From Parcubacteria group bacterium LiPW_15 (GTDB taxonomy: Bacteria; Patescibacteriota; Minisyncoccia; UBA6257; 2-01-FULL-56-20), in the NCBI GenBank assembly GCA_007375645.1, contig VMER01000002.1, positions 29,710-93,709 on the forward strand: 64,000 bases of DNA, read 5' to 3'. Shown one piece after another: positions 1 to 9,499 of the stretch (position 1 is its first letter; each line of letters opens with the position of its first letter). Made by a program: the position numbers and the translations under genes. The notes beneath the pieces are model-generated. The model saw nothing but the letters and a program-made list of their open reading frames with translations. It ran no database searches and was not told where the DNA came from.

Positions 1-934
1 CGAAACACATGGCCTCAATAACCGCCATACCAAAATTTTCGGAATAAGACGGCAGCACGAACACATTGCTTTCGCGGAACGCGGCTGCTTTCATGTCCCC
101 CGCCAATTCCCCCGCGAAAATTATTCTGTCATCCAATTTAAGCTTGGAAATCAGTTCTTGGACATTTTTCTTGTATCCCTCATCGTCTCCTCCCGCGATC
201 ACAAGCACCGCAAAACGGTTTTTCTCAATAACCACTTTGAAGGCGGGAATGAGTGTATCAAATCCTTTCTTCCAGCTTATCCTCCCCAAAAACAACACTA
301 CTTTCTTTTCCGGAGAAATATCCAAACGCCTCCGGAACAGATTCGGGTCGGTCTGAATATCAAACTTGCCGACGTCTATTCCGTTTGGGACCACAAATGA
401 GTTCCGCGCCGGAAAACGCAACTCTTCGTATTCCTCTTTTTCGGCTTGTGCGGTGAAATGTATGGTGGCACCTCGCAAATTATTTTTTTCGACAAGGCTT
501 ATATATAACCGCTTCAATAAATTATTTTTGCGAGAGATGGGTTCGATCATCAAGCTACCGCGCGGCGAAACAATATATGGCTTGTTGTTCTTTCTGGCGT
601 AATAGGCCCCCAGCGTGGAGGCAAAGAGGAACACGGAGGTGATATGGATCAGATCAAAATCTTTCGCAGTTTCGGCGAGCATCCGATGAAGTGCCCGAGA
701 ATAAAACCACGCCCGGAAAAGTCCCGGCTTAAAGTAATACACTTTTACCCCATCCCGATCTATCGGCACGCCGAGCGGAACATCAAGGTCTTTCGGCCCG
801 TCCGCCGAAGTCGTATATACGGTCACCTCTGCCCCTTGCCTCACCAATTCTTTATTCAGGTTGTGTACGCTATGAATCGGACCGCCATAACGAAAAGCCG
901 GATAATAACTCGGAACGACGTGAAGTATCCGCAT
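1..934 (-). CDS. Glycosyltransferase family 4 (GT-B fold). The N-terminus is at 934 and the C-terminus runs off the window edge.
   Basis: Reverse-complement of 905-934 reads ATGCGGATACTTCACGTCGTTCCGAGTTAT = MRILHVVPSY. The rest translates as GT4-like (..YPAFRYGGP.., ..FLGRISWKKG.., E-x7-E region). There is no stop before position 1, so it is absent from the ORF track. Confidence 0.75.
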   Translation of the reverse strand, partial: MRILHVVPSYYPAFRYGGPIHSVHNLNKELVRQGAEVTVYTTSADGPKDLDVPLGVPIDRDGVKVYYFKPGLFRAWFYSRALHRMLAETAKDFDLIHITSVFLFASTLGAYYARKNNKPYIVSPRGSLMIEPISRKNNLLKRLYISLVEKNNLRGATIHFTAQAEKEEYEELRFPARNSFVVPNGIDVGKFDIQTDPNLFRRRLDISPEKKVVLFLGRISWKKGFDTLIPAFKVVIEKNRFAVLVIAGGDDEGYKKNVQELISKLKLDDRIIFAGELAGDMKAAAFRESNVFVLPSYSENFGMAVIEAMCF

Positions 935-969
935 CCGCTTTATAATACCTCAAGAAATTTTTTGGGCAA

Positions 970-1713
970 TCAGCGCTTAGGCTCAGCAACCAACTCATCC
1001 GAATCCTCGACCGTCCCCTTGGGCGAGGAAAACTCATACCCGTAAAGAGTAAGTAAGTCCATGCATTGTTTTTTAACGCCGGCTCCGTGAGTTGCCAAAA
1101 GAATCGTTGGTTTATTTTTCTCCAAAATATTTTTCGCTCCGGACAATGCCATAAATTCCGCCCCCTCTATGTCCATCTTGATTATTTTAGGAGAGAGGAT
1201 CTTCCCGGCCGCGAGCAATCCGTCCAAAGATTCAGTTTTGACCCTTGTCCCCCCGGACTCAGAGATATATCCGGTAGAGGTTGATTCTCCCGTGGCGAAT
1301 CCGGCCTCCCCCTCTTTATCAGCCACTGCAACTTTAAGCGCGATTACGTTCTCAACGCCGTTTAAAGACAAATGTTTTTTAATATTGTCAAAATTATTCG
1401 GAAACGGTTCGAAAGAAAAAACTTTGCCGGCCGGCCCTACTAATTTCGCAGCCAATAACGTATAGAATCCGGCTTGCGCACCCACGTCAAAAACAACGTC
1501 GCCAGGCTTAACGAGAGAAGTGAAAACCTTTTGCTTTTCTAGCTCATAACTCCCCAGCCAGTATCCCAAGACGCCCGAGCCTAATATCCACCGCGAACCC
1601 CTGAGAGGCCCCTGTAATATCGGAAGCGGAATATTTCTCGGAAAAAACTTCGCGATCTTCCTCAAAAAGGATCCGATGCCGCTATTTGCGTTAATTCCGG
1701 AAAAATTTATCAT
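970..1713 (-). CDS. FkbM-family SAM-dependent methyltransferase
   Basis: ORF 970..1854 with start trimmed to the internal Met (MINFSG..). Motifs VFDVGAQAGFYT and KMDIEGAE. ATG 1713..1711 overlaps the TGA of the upstream gene (ATGA). Confidence 0.7.
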   Translation of the reverse strand: MINFSGINANSGIGSFLRKIAKFFPRNIPLPILQGPLRGSRWILGSGVLGYWLGSYELEKQKVFTSLVKPGDVVFDVGAQAGFYTLLAAKLVGPAGKVFSFEPFPNNFDNIKKHLSLNGVENVIALKVAVADKEGEAGFATGESTSTGYISESGGTRVKTESLDGLLAAGKILSPKIIKMDIEGAEFMALSGAKNILEKNKPTILLATHGAGVKKQCMDLLTLYGYEFSSPKGTVEDSDELVAEPKR

Positions 1714-2375
1714 TTTAAAATTTTTTTGATCTTTCTTATGCCTCCTCTCCAAAATCGCGCGAAATATTTTAGGTACGCATATTTCCAAAACGGAATCGCA
1801 CCCCTCTTCACAAAAAGAACGTCTCCATTCGTGGTCAAAGAGAAAGGAATGCAATAAAATCCGTTATCTTCGAACTTTTTCTTCAGCTCCTCGACTCTCG
1901 GCCCGAGCTCCGGATACAAAAAATCATGAAATTCCACAGCACATTGGGTTATTTTATTGAAATCTTCCGGCAAAAGAGACTCTATAAGAGATATTTCCGC
2001 GCACTCGATATCCATTTTCAAAAGATCTATCTTTTCTATTTTATGATCTGCGATCAAATCGGCATATTTATATTCTTTGGCGATTATTGATCGTCCGCCG
2101 GCGGCGGAATTCATCGTCGCGCACATGCCCTCCGGCAGAAAAATCTCTATCTCTCCATTTTTCCCGGAAACCGCAGCTAAAATGCCCACAACCTCCTTTT
2201 CCTTGGGAATTGCATTAAAAAGTTCCGGGACCGGCTCCACGACATAAACGCGCGCGTCATAAAGCGAACGCATCTCCCGCGCAAATTCGCCCCGATTCCC
2301 GCCCAGATCTACCACTACCCCGCCGCGCGGAAACAAATCGCCTATAAACGTGTGGTCAAAAAGTTTTCTGAGCAT
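1710..2375 (-). CDS. FkbM-family SAM-dependent methyltransferase (second paralog)
   Basis: 221 aa. VVDLGGNRGEF and KMDIECAE motifs. Translationally coupled to the downstream FkbM gene. Confidence 0.7.
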   Translation of the reverse strand: MLRKLFDHTFIGDLFPRGGVVVDLGGNRGEFAREMRSLYDARVYVVEPVPELFNAIPKEKEVVGILAAVSGKNGEIEIFLPEGMCATMNSAAGGRSIIAKEYKYADLIADHKIEKIDLLKMDIECAEISLIESLLPEDFNKITQCAVEFHDFLYPELGPRVEELKKKFEDNGFYCIPFSLTTNGDVLFVKRGAIPFWKYAYLKYFARFWRGGIRKIKKILK

Positions 2376-2384
2376 TCCGATATT

Positions 2385-3353
2385 CTACTTTGACTTCCTC
2401 ATCCACACAAGAAAGCCGTTAATGAATCTGTCGAATTTCGGGACGTTCCGTTCATCTAATTTTTTGGAAAGGTCCGGATCATTCTTTAATATCCGCCGGG
2501 CAAACCAATTTACCTTTGCTATGCCGAGGTCCATAAAAAAACCAGCTTCTTTGAATTTTTCAAAGTATTCTTCCGCGCGCAAATACGAGAACAATCTGCC
2601 GTGAAATAAAAAGTCTCCCTCAAGCGTCCCGGCCGCCGCCCCCAGCCCCTTTTTCTCAAAGCGCTCCTCATAAAGGCGTTGCTCGCAGATCAAATGATCC
2701 CAGCGGGTCATCTCCCCTCCCCAGTCAACATGGTCGCCGCCGGGTCCATACCAGATGGGCCCGAAAGAGGCGTAAAACCAGCCGTCATCCTTCAGATGTC
2801 TATTTGAACTTTTTAGAAAACCATCCATATCTTTTATATGCTCCAAAACCGCATCGGAAATTATCCAGTCAAATCTTCCTTCCGATTCAACTGTTTCAAA
2901 ACCTCCTTTCTCAAAAACCACTTCCACGCCAAATCGATCCTTGCACGTCTGCGCCACAAAATCCCACTCTTTTGAATATTCATAAACATCAAAGGCGGTT
3001 ATTTTTCGGGGGCGAAAGGCGGCTAGTTGAAAAATACAGTGTCCAAAACCGGCGCCTGGGACCAGAATCGAACTTCCCTTAAGAGCGTGCCGCCGGTCGC
3101 ACATGCGATAGGTTTTCTCCCGGAACATTCCTCCCTCTCGATTCAGGAACCACAACTTCCTGAGTTCGGGGGGCATTTCATCCCAAAGTCTGACTTTCAG
3201 CCATAAGTTAAAAAGATGTCGTTGGAAAAAATAATATATCAATTTTGCCTTTATCAGAAGGTGCCGCCAAGATGGCGTAGACTCTTCGATATCAATGGCT
3301 AAAATTCTTTTATTTTCCGGGTTCATGCGTTTTTTTCGCCAAAACTCTTTCAT
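2385..3353 (-). CDS. Class I SAM-dependent methyltransferase
   Basis: 322 aa. VPGAGFGH glycine-rich motif and DWIISDAVLEH. Confidence 0.65.
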   Translation of the reverse strand: MKEFWRKKRMNPENKRILAIDIEESTPSWRHLLIKAKLIYYFFQRHLFNLWLKVRLWDEMPPELRKLWFLNREGGMFREKTYRMCDRRHALKGSSILVPGAGFGHCIFQLAAFRPRKITAFDVYEYSKEWDFVAQTCKDRFGVEVVFEKGGFETVESEGRFDWIISDAVLEHIKDMDGFLKSSNRHLKDDGWFYASFGPIWYGPGGDHVDWGGEMTRWDHLICEQRLYEERFEKKGLGAAAGTLEGDFLFHGRLFSYLRAEEYFEKFKEAGFFMDLGIAKVNWFARRILKNDPDLSKKLDERNVPKFDRFINGFLVWMRKSK

Positions 3354-4476
3354 ACTCCGCGACTATCTTTTTTCCGTAGTCATCCCACGTAAAGCCCGAA
3401 GCGACCCGCTGTTTTGCCGACTCGCTCATCCGCTTAAGTTCTTCCGGGCGTTCATACAAATACAGAAGTTTTTCTTTCAGGGCATCTACGTTCCTTATCG
3501 GAATGACAAATCCATCGATACCGTCCCTTACAATATCGTCTCCTCCGGTGTTCGTCGTACAGATAACCGGCAATCCGCAAGCCATCGCCTGAGCCTGCAC
3601 GTAAGCCAGCCCCTCCTCGATAGACATCATCGCGAAAACCGAACCTTGAGAATAATATTTGTACATTTCGAAGTGCGGTATATGCCCAAGGTACCTGTAG
3701 CTTCCCGCGTACCTGGAAAAAAACGGTTTAATCTCGTCGTTTAGCGCCCCCATCAGCATAAGTTCTGAATTTGGAAGATTTAGCTCCGCACAAGCTTGCA
3801 AAAGATAATGTACGCCCTTCCTAAGGGACAATCCTCCAGCAAAAACAACACGAAACTTATTATCTTCTTTTTCCACCTGCCTGAAAGCTCCAAGGTCGAC
3901 TCCGAACGGCACATGTATTATTTTGGCCTCCGGTATCCCTTTTTCCAAAAAAGTTCTCTTCACGAATTTTGACGGCACGGTTATGTAATCCGCTTCTTCA
4001 AACGCACGAAGTTCCTTGTTTATTATTTTTTCATTGGAAATCTCTCCGCGCACTCCGAATTTTTCATACTCTTCGGATAAGATGTCTCTTTGGTAGATAG
4101 GATGGGAACTCGCGTGTTCTGCGATTGCCAGCGCTCCAAGTTCTTTCGCCCTCCTCATTCCGTACAACGATGAACTCGAAAATCCTGTAAAAATATCACA
4201 AGCTACAACCTGTCTCGCCGCCAGCCGATCATATATTTCGAGAATTGCATATTCCAAATCCAGCTTACGTCGGATTGCGAACGGAAGCTTGTGCCAACCC
4301 CTTTCGAGAATTTCTTTTATCAGGATCGATCTGGTTTTTCCTCTTTCGATCCCGTATTTAATTGCTTCAAACTTCGGGTAAGAGGTTATAAAACGCTCCA
4401 AGTAACCCCTTTCTTGGAGTTGCTTGGCAAGGAAAAACATATGGAACTTTCCGGCAACGGAAACAATTGTTCTCAT
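3310..4476 (-). CDS. Glycosyltransferase family 4
   Basis: 388 aa. FAGGLSLRKGVHYLL .. EEGLAYVQAQAMACGLPVICT, a GT1/GT4 C-terminal domain. Confidence 0.75.
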   Translation of the reverse strand: MRTIVSVAGKFHMFFLAKQLQERGYLERFITSYPKFEAIKYGIERGKTRSILIKEILERGWHKLPFAIRRKLDLEYAILEIYDRLAARQVVACDIFTGFSSSSLYGMRRAKELGALAIAEHASSHPIYQRDILSEEYEKFGVRGEISNEKIINKELRAFEEADYITVPSKFVKRTFLEKGIPEAKIIHVPFGVDLGAFRQVEKEDNKFRVVFAGGLSLRKGVHYLLQACAELNLPNSELMLMGALNDEIKPFFSRYAGSYRYLGHIPHFEMYKYYSQGSVFAMMSIEEGLAYVQAQAMACGLPVICTTNTGGDDIVRDGIDGFVIPIRNVDALKEKLLYLYERPEELKRMSESAKQRVASGFTWDDYGKKIVAEYERVLAKKTHEPGK

Positions 4477-5525
4477 CTCTTATTTTTTATTTCGCCGTAT
4501 ATTTTTAATATCTTTTCCGCCCTATCCGCATATGAATAATCCTGAGCCTTAGAGCGCAAATAGCCGGCCTCACGGATTCTCTCTCTTTCTTCGTCGTGAA
4601 CAAGATAATATTTTATTTTATCCCTGAACTCGGCATAGGAAGAGAAAAAGGCCGCCTCCACTCCTTCCTTGAAAAGTTCGGTTGCCTCCGGAGTCCTTTC
4701 GTGCAGCATGAATCCGCGACAGGCCGGAATCTCATAGGTACGAACGGTTTGTTGGTCGCGGTTATGATGGCGCAGAAAGGCGATTATTATTTTACTGGAA
4801 TTGATAACCTTGGACATCTCCTCCCCAATTACCGGCTTGTACATTATAGACCCGCTCCCCCTAAGACATCGCACCCCTTTGGCCCTCCTCCAGCCATTCC
4901 CATAAATTTTTATGTCGCATCCTTCTTCGCAAAGCCTTTCAAGATATCCCACCCGATCTTCGTTCGCATAGGTGCCGATGAATATGACGTCGGCTCCAAC
5001 ACGAATTTTTTCTTCATTGTTCGCCGGCTCTACCGGATATTCGATTGCCTGATCAACCGCCAATGGAACAAACTCTGCTCTTTTGGCGCCCACCCTCTTT
5101 AATTCTGTAACGTTTTGGGAATTCATGGAGATTATGCAGTCATATACTCCCAAAGTTTTCATAAACAGTGTGCTTAAATTTTTTGCGCGAAAAACAGCGT
5201 CGTCATTTCTCGCAAACAGGACCGCACCTGTGAGGTTTTTAATTGCGCGCAGTGTCTCCGGCTTGATCTGCCTTTGTTCCAGAAATAAAATCATTTCCGG
5301 TTTAAAAATTTTAGCCCTGGAAAGAATAGCGTCGTTCAGCCGTTTAACTCCAAAATAAATGGGGATGCGCACGAACTTGTTAAGAATCCTGTTCCAGAAG
5401 GCCTGCTTGTAAAACAGACTATTGTCCACTATTTCCACTTCATGGCCAAGCGCCGAAAACGTCCGCTGGTAGGAAAGAGCGGGGGCCTGCTCGGTCGGAA
5501 CGCTACCGACAATTAAAATTTTCAT
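4473..5525 (-). CDS. CgeB-family glycosyltransferase-like protein (DUF3880-like)
   Basis: 350 aa. C-terminal YEIPACRGFMLHERTPEATELFKEG..YLVHDEERERIREAG resembles the CgeB family. Confidence 0.5.
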   Translation of the reverse strand: MKILIVGSVPTEQAPALSYQRTFSALGHEVEIVDNSLFYKQAFWNRILNKFVRIPIYFGVKRLNDAILSRAKIFKPEMILFLEQRQIKPETLRAIKNLTGAVLFARNDDAVFRAKNLSTLFMKTLGVYDCIISMNSQNVTELKRVGAKRAEFVPLAVDQAIEYPVEPANNEEKIRVGADVIFIGTYANEDRVGYLERLCEEGCDIKIYGNGWRRAKGVRCLRGSGSIMYKPVIGEEMSKVINSSKIIIAFLRHHNRDQQTVRTYEIPACRGFMLHERTPEATELFKEGVEAAFFSSYAEFRDKIKYYLVHDEERERIREAGYLRSKAQDYSYADRAEKILKIYGEIKNKR

Positions 5526-7818
5526 TTTTTAGTGTCTTAACGGCGGAAAGGATGGCTTCTGCATCTTTCTTATAATTGTAGCGGCTTACCCTTTCATAAG
5601 ATTTTTGCCCGAATAACGCCCTCGTTTCAGCGTCCGCAGCCAGATAACCCAAGCGAGACGCGAGCTCATTCACATCCCCAACCTTAAAAATATAACCGTT
5701 CTCCCCACTCTCCACCAAATCCGGTCCGCAACCCACGATATCGGAAACTAAAACCGGAAGGGAAAAACACATCGCCTCGTTCACTACCAACCCCCACGTT
5801 TCTCCGGTTTCGGACGGCAGAACAAAAATATCGGCTACGGCATAATACTCGGTTATTTCTTCTTGAGATTTGAAGCCGACGAAATGTATGTTTAATATAT
5901 TCTTTTCCCTCGCATATTTTTCCAATTCGCCGCGCAATGGCCCATCCCCCACAAACACCAAGCCTGCTTGAATCCCCCTCCCCAGCAGTTTTTCGAAGGC
6001 CAGTAAAAGATCTTTCGGACGTTTTTTTTCGACGAGCTTACCTAGAAACAGTATGAGCGGAACTCCCTGCGGCAAATCAAGCCCACTCTTAAGCGCGGCT
6101 TTATTTACTCCAAGTTCTTCGTATTTTTTTCGAAATTTTTCGTTGTCCACGGCGTATGGGGCAAAAAATAATTTGCGAGCCGGCACCCCGTAGAACATAT
6201 AAAACTTTTTATTCTCTTCCCCTATATACATGAACGCCGAGACAAATCGGAACATCGAACTCAAAATTATTTTTTTCAAAAATAATTTTGCCCCGCTCTT
6301 TCCCGCGTTTTGAAAGAGAGGGCTTTCGCCCCTCATAATGATCGGCGTGCCGGTCAACACTGCGGCAAGGATCGCAAGCCAGTTCGAGAAGTAATTCCAT
6401 CCGTTCACAAAAATAGCATCGTACCCGTTCCTCCAAAGCTCAAAATATATTCCGGGATTGATCAGGCTGAAAAACCGTCCCACCGAAGAATATGGAGAGT
6501 AGTTCTTTAAAACTGTGTATTTCAGGCCGTCCAAAATTTCGGGGCCGTACCACCTCACAACCTTCCCGAAGGTTTCGTCCAATCCTGGCCGGATACTGAA
6601 GTCGGAACCGAAATATATTGAAAGATCTATCACCGGATTCTTTGCAATCTCCTTGTACAGATCAATCACGTAGTGGATCGGGTGCGAAACGAATGCTGCA
6701 AGCTTAATCGTTTCGTTTTCTTCGTCGCCGGATAAAAAATTACCGATCAATCCAGCCAAAATCGCCCCGGTTTTAACGGTTATTCCTTTTTTCAAAAAAA
6801 CATCCCTCCCGTTTTCCGCGATTTTTTTTCTTAACGCCTGGTTCTCGCTCAGCTTGATTATGGCATCCGCAAGATCTTTGGGATCAGCCGGCCGGCAAAA
6901 AACAATATTCTCTCCATCGGTAAATATTCTCGCGGCAGGCGCCGAATACCTTGTAATCACGGGCTTTCCCATAGCCGCAGCATCCCAAACCTTGAATGGC
7001 ACGACCATCCCCGCCTGTTCGGTGTCCCCAAAATGGCCTAAGCAAATATCTGCCTTCGCCATTATTTCGGGAAGTCTCTCTGCAGGGACAGAATCTAAAA
7101 AAATCAGATTACCGGGATCATCTTTTCGAACAAGTTTTATTATTTCGTCCTTTTCCGGACCGCTCCCTAAAATAGTTATTTTTAGATCGATTTTTGAGGC
7201 TAGTATTTTAGCGGCCGCAACTATGGTTTCTATCCCGTGTAGCGGATAAAAACTCGCGACGCAAAAAATCTTCAGCACCTCGCGCCCCCCTCCCCCCGCA
7301 TCCCTTGGAAAGAATATATCTTCATCGGAGCCAACCGGATAGATCCTTATCTTTTTTTTGTTTACCTTGAAAGTTTTATTGAAATAATCGCCGTGTTCTT
7401 CCGTATCTAAAAAGATTAGATCTGCCAATTTACAAGCCACAAAATCCAAGGCAAAAAAATACTTCGCCTTGATGGAGTTCGGAGATATTCGCCCCCCGCC
7501 TTCTCCGGCCACCCTTACGTGATAGTAGGAGATAAACGCATCCAAAATCACCCGCCGTCCGGTCAGTAATCCCAAAATTTTTGCCAGAGGCACATAAGCT
7601 TGTCCCGCAGCGCAAACTAAGATTAAATCCGCTTTTTTGTAAACTTCGAAATACATCTTCGCAAGTTCGAAACTGCGGATCCAAACCGAAGGCCGCCGGC
7701 TTTGGCATTCAAAAACCTCCACTCCGTTTCTCCTTAGCCCCTTTAGGGTTGTCCGGGGCCTTGCGTGTTCCGGGTCATAGCCGCCAAAATAAACGATGCT
7801 TGGAATTTTACCCCGCAT
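5503..7818 (-). CDS. Two-domain glycosyltransferase (tandem GT1/GT4-like modules)
   Basis: 771 aa. The N-terminal half has a GT-B pattern. The C-terminal half has ILFLGKLVEKKRPKDLL..VLPSETGETWGLVVNEAMCFSLPVLVSD. Confidence 0.65.
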   Translation of the reverse strand: MRGKIPSIVYFGGYDPEHARPRTTLKGLRRNGVEVFECQSRRPSVWIRSFELAKMYFEVYKKADLILVCAAGQAYVPLAKILGLLTGRRVILDAFISYYHVRVAGEGGGRISPNSIKAKYFFALDFVACKLADLIFLDTEEHGDYFNKTFKVNKKKIRIYPVGSDEDIFFPRDAGGGGREVLKIFCVASFYPLHGIETIVAAAKILASKIDLKITILGSGPEKDEIIKLVRKDDPGNLIFLDSVPAERLPEIMAKADICLGHFGDTEQAGMVVPFKVWDAAAMGKPVITRYSAPAARIFTDGENIVFCRPADPKDLADAIIKLSENQALRKKIAENGRDVFLKKGITVKTGAILAGLIGNFLSGDEENETIKLAAFVSHPIHYVIDLYKEIAKNPVIDLSIYFGSDFSIRPGLDETFGKVVRWYGPEILDGLKYTVLKNYSPYSSVGRFFSLINPGIYFELWRNGYDAIFVNGWNYFSNWLAILAAVLTGTPIIMRGESPLFQNAGKSGAKLFLKKIILSSMFRFVSAFMYIGEENKKFYMFYGVPARKLFFAPYAVDNEKFRKKYEELGVNKAALKSGLDLPQGVPLILFLGKLVEKKRPKDLLLAFEKLLGRGIQAGLVFVGDGPLRGELEKYAREKNILNIHFVGFKSQEEITEYYAVADIFVLPSETGETWGLVVNEAMCFSLPVLVSDIVGCGPDLVESGENGYIFKVGDVNELASRLGYLAADAETRALFGQKSYERVSRYNYKKDAEAILSAVKTLKNENFNCR

Positions 7819-7841
7819 AATTTGGTGTTATTATAGGCAAT

Positions 7842-8585
7842 ATGACATCAGAACACAAAGACTCTTGGGAAGCGCGCGCTTATAACAAGTACGGTTCTGG
7901 ACACGCCACTTTTGCACAAAGAGGGAATATTTCAAAAGAGGAAATACGGCATCAATATCCGGCCTGGAGTAAATATTTCGGTCGGAGTCTTCCGGCACCG
8001 AAGAATTCCGCGATTCTTGATGCAGGCTGTGGAAACGGAGAATTTTTATTGTGGCTAAAAGAATCCGGCTATTCCAACTTGGAGGGTATCGACATAAGCG
8101 AGGAACAGATCGCAAGGGCAAAATCCCTCGGCGTGAATGCGAAACACGGCGACCTCCCAAACTTTCTGACAGCACAAAAAAACCGTTACGATTGCATTAT
8201 CGCCCGCGACATCATCGAACATTTTTCAAAAGACGACCTCCTCGTTTTGCTGGATGGGTTCCAAAATGCCCTTAAGCCCGAAGGTGTTTTAATAATCCAA
8301 ACTCCGAACGCAGAGGGCCCCTTCGGAAGCAGAAGCCGATATATGGATTTTACCCACCACCTGAGCTTTACCAGACTTAGCCTTGGACACGCTCTTTCTC
8401 TCGCCGGTTTCGAAAAAGTTAGATTCTATTCCATGGGTCCGGTAGTTCACGGGTTTTTTTCCACAATCAGGTATGCGGTTTGGAAAATTATTGAACTTGG
8501 AATCCGGATCTACCAGCTTGCGGAAACCGGAACCGGTGCGGGCATTTATACGCAAAATATAATTGCGACAGCGACAAAATCTTAA
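7842..8585 (+). CDS. Class I SAM-dependent methyltransferase
   Basis: 247 aa. ILDAGCGNGEFLLWL and PEGVLIIQTPN. Confidence 0.65.
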   Translation: MTSEHKDSWEARAYNKYGSGHATFAQRGNISKEEIRHQYPAWSKYFGRSLPAPKNSAILDAGCGNGEFLLWLKESGYSNLEGIDISEEQIARAKSLGVNAKHGDLPNFLTAQKNRYDCIIARDIIEHFSKDDLLVLLDGFQNALKPEGVLIIQTPNAEGPFGSRSRYMDFTHHLSFTRLSLGHALSLAGFEKVRFYSMGPVVHGFFSTIRYAVWKIIELGIRIYQLAETGTGAGIYTQNIIATATKS

Positions 8586-9499
8586 TTCGGAACGTTCAGG
8601 TGGGATACCAAAAATGTCCCCATCGACAACCGTCTTGTAAAAAACCTGTTAACGCTGTCGGGAATAAGTTTGGCAAATAAATTTTTCAACCTCCCGGAAG
8701 GAAGCAGAACGACATCCGACTTCGGACCCATAACTTCGATCTTTTCGATTTCGAACATTTTTCCGCAAAGCCGTCGCCATTCAGCAGGGGTATAATATCT
8801 CGCCAAAGCTCCGTCAGTATAAAGTTGTATATTTTCCGCAATCGATCTCTTAAACAGCTCGCCGCGGAACAACGATCTGACAAAAACGGTAATATAGTAA
8901 TTCCACCATCCCCGGTGATACACCATAATAATTGCCCTTCCCCCGGGCCTTAAGACCCGTTTTATTTCTCTCAAAACCTGTTCCGTGCTTGAAGAGTGAT
9001 GAATAACTCCCCAGCTCCACACATAGTCAAAACTTTTATCCGGAAAAGTCATTTTTTCCGCGTCCATCTTCTGGATAGAGCCGTTCAAATTGAATATTTT
9101 GAGCCGCTCGGTCGTGCTTTTGACCGCATAGTCCGTCAGGTCTATTCCTGCAAAAGATTTTGCAGACGCCGCAAGCAACTGTGCATGACTGCCGTTTCCG
9201 ACTCCGATCTCCAGAACATCTTTGTCTTTAACGAAGGTCCTGTCTATTAATTCAAAAAATGGATTACCGTCCCCGGCGAGATATTCCGCGGCGTTACAAA
9301 AAAATCTTTTGTTTATCTCTTCGTAGAACTCTTTGGAAAATTCCGGCGGCGCAACCTTGTCCTCCCAGTCGTAGCGCATGGGATTATTCTGCCACCAACG
9401 ATAATTTTGCTCCTGCCAGCCCCGCGCTTCGTCTTGCGAAGTCGGGAGTTTTGTCGGGCCGGTAAATCCTTTCAAATTTTCGTTTTTAAGGTTTTTCAT
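8582..9499 (-). CDS. Class I SAM-dependent methyltransferase
   Basis: ORF 8582..9556. VLEIGVGNGSHAQLLA and LRPGGRAIIMVYH. Start set at internal ATG 9499 (MKNLKN..) because the longer ORF overlaps the asnB 3' end. The start is uncertain. Confidence 0.6.
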   Translation of the reverse strand: MKNLKNENLKGFTGPTKLPTSQDEARGWQEQNYRWWQNNPMRYDWEDKVAPPEFSKEFYEEINKRFFCNAAEYLAGDGNPFFELIDRTFVKDKDVLEIGVGNGSHAQLLAASAKSFAGIDLTDYAVKSTTERLKIFNLNGSIQKMDAEKMTFPDKSFDYVWSWGVIHHSSSTEQVLREIKRVLRPGGRAIIMVYHRGWWNYYITVFVRSLFRGELFKRSIAENIQLYTDGALARYYTPAEWRRLCGKMFEIEKIEVMGPKSDVVLLPSGRLKNLFAKLIPDSVNRFFTRRLSMGTFLVSHLNVPN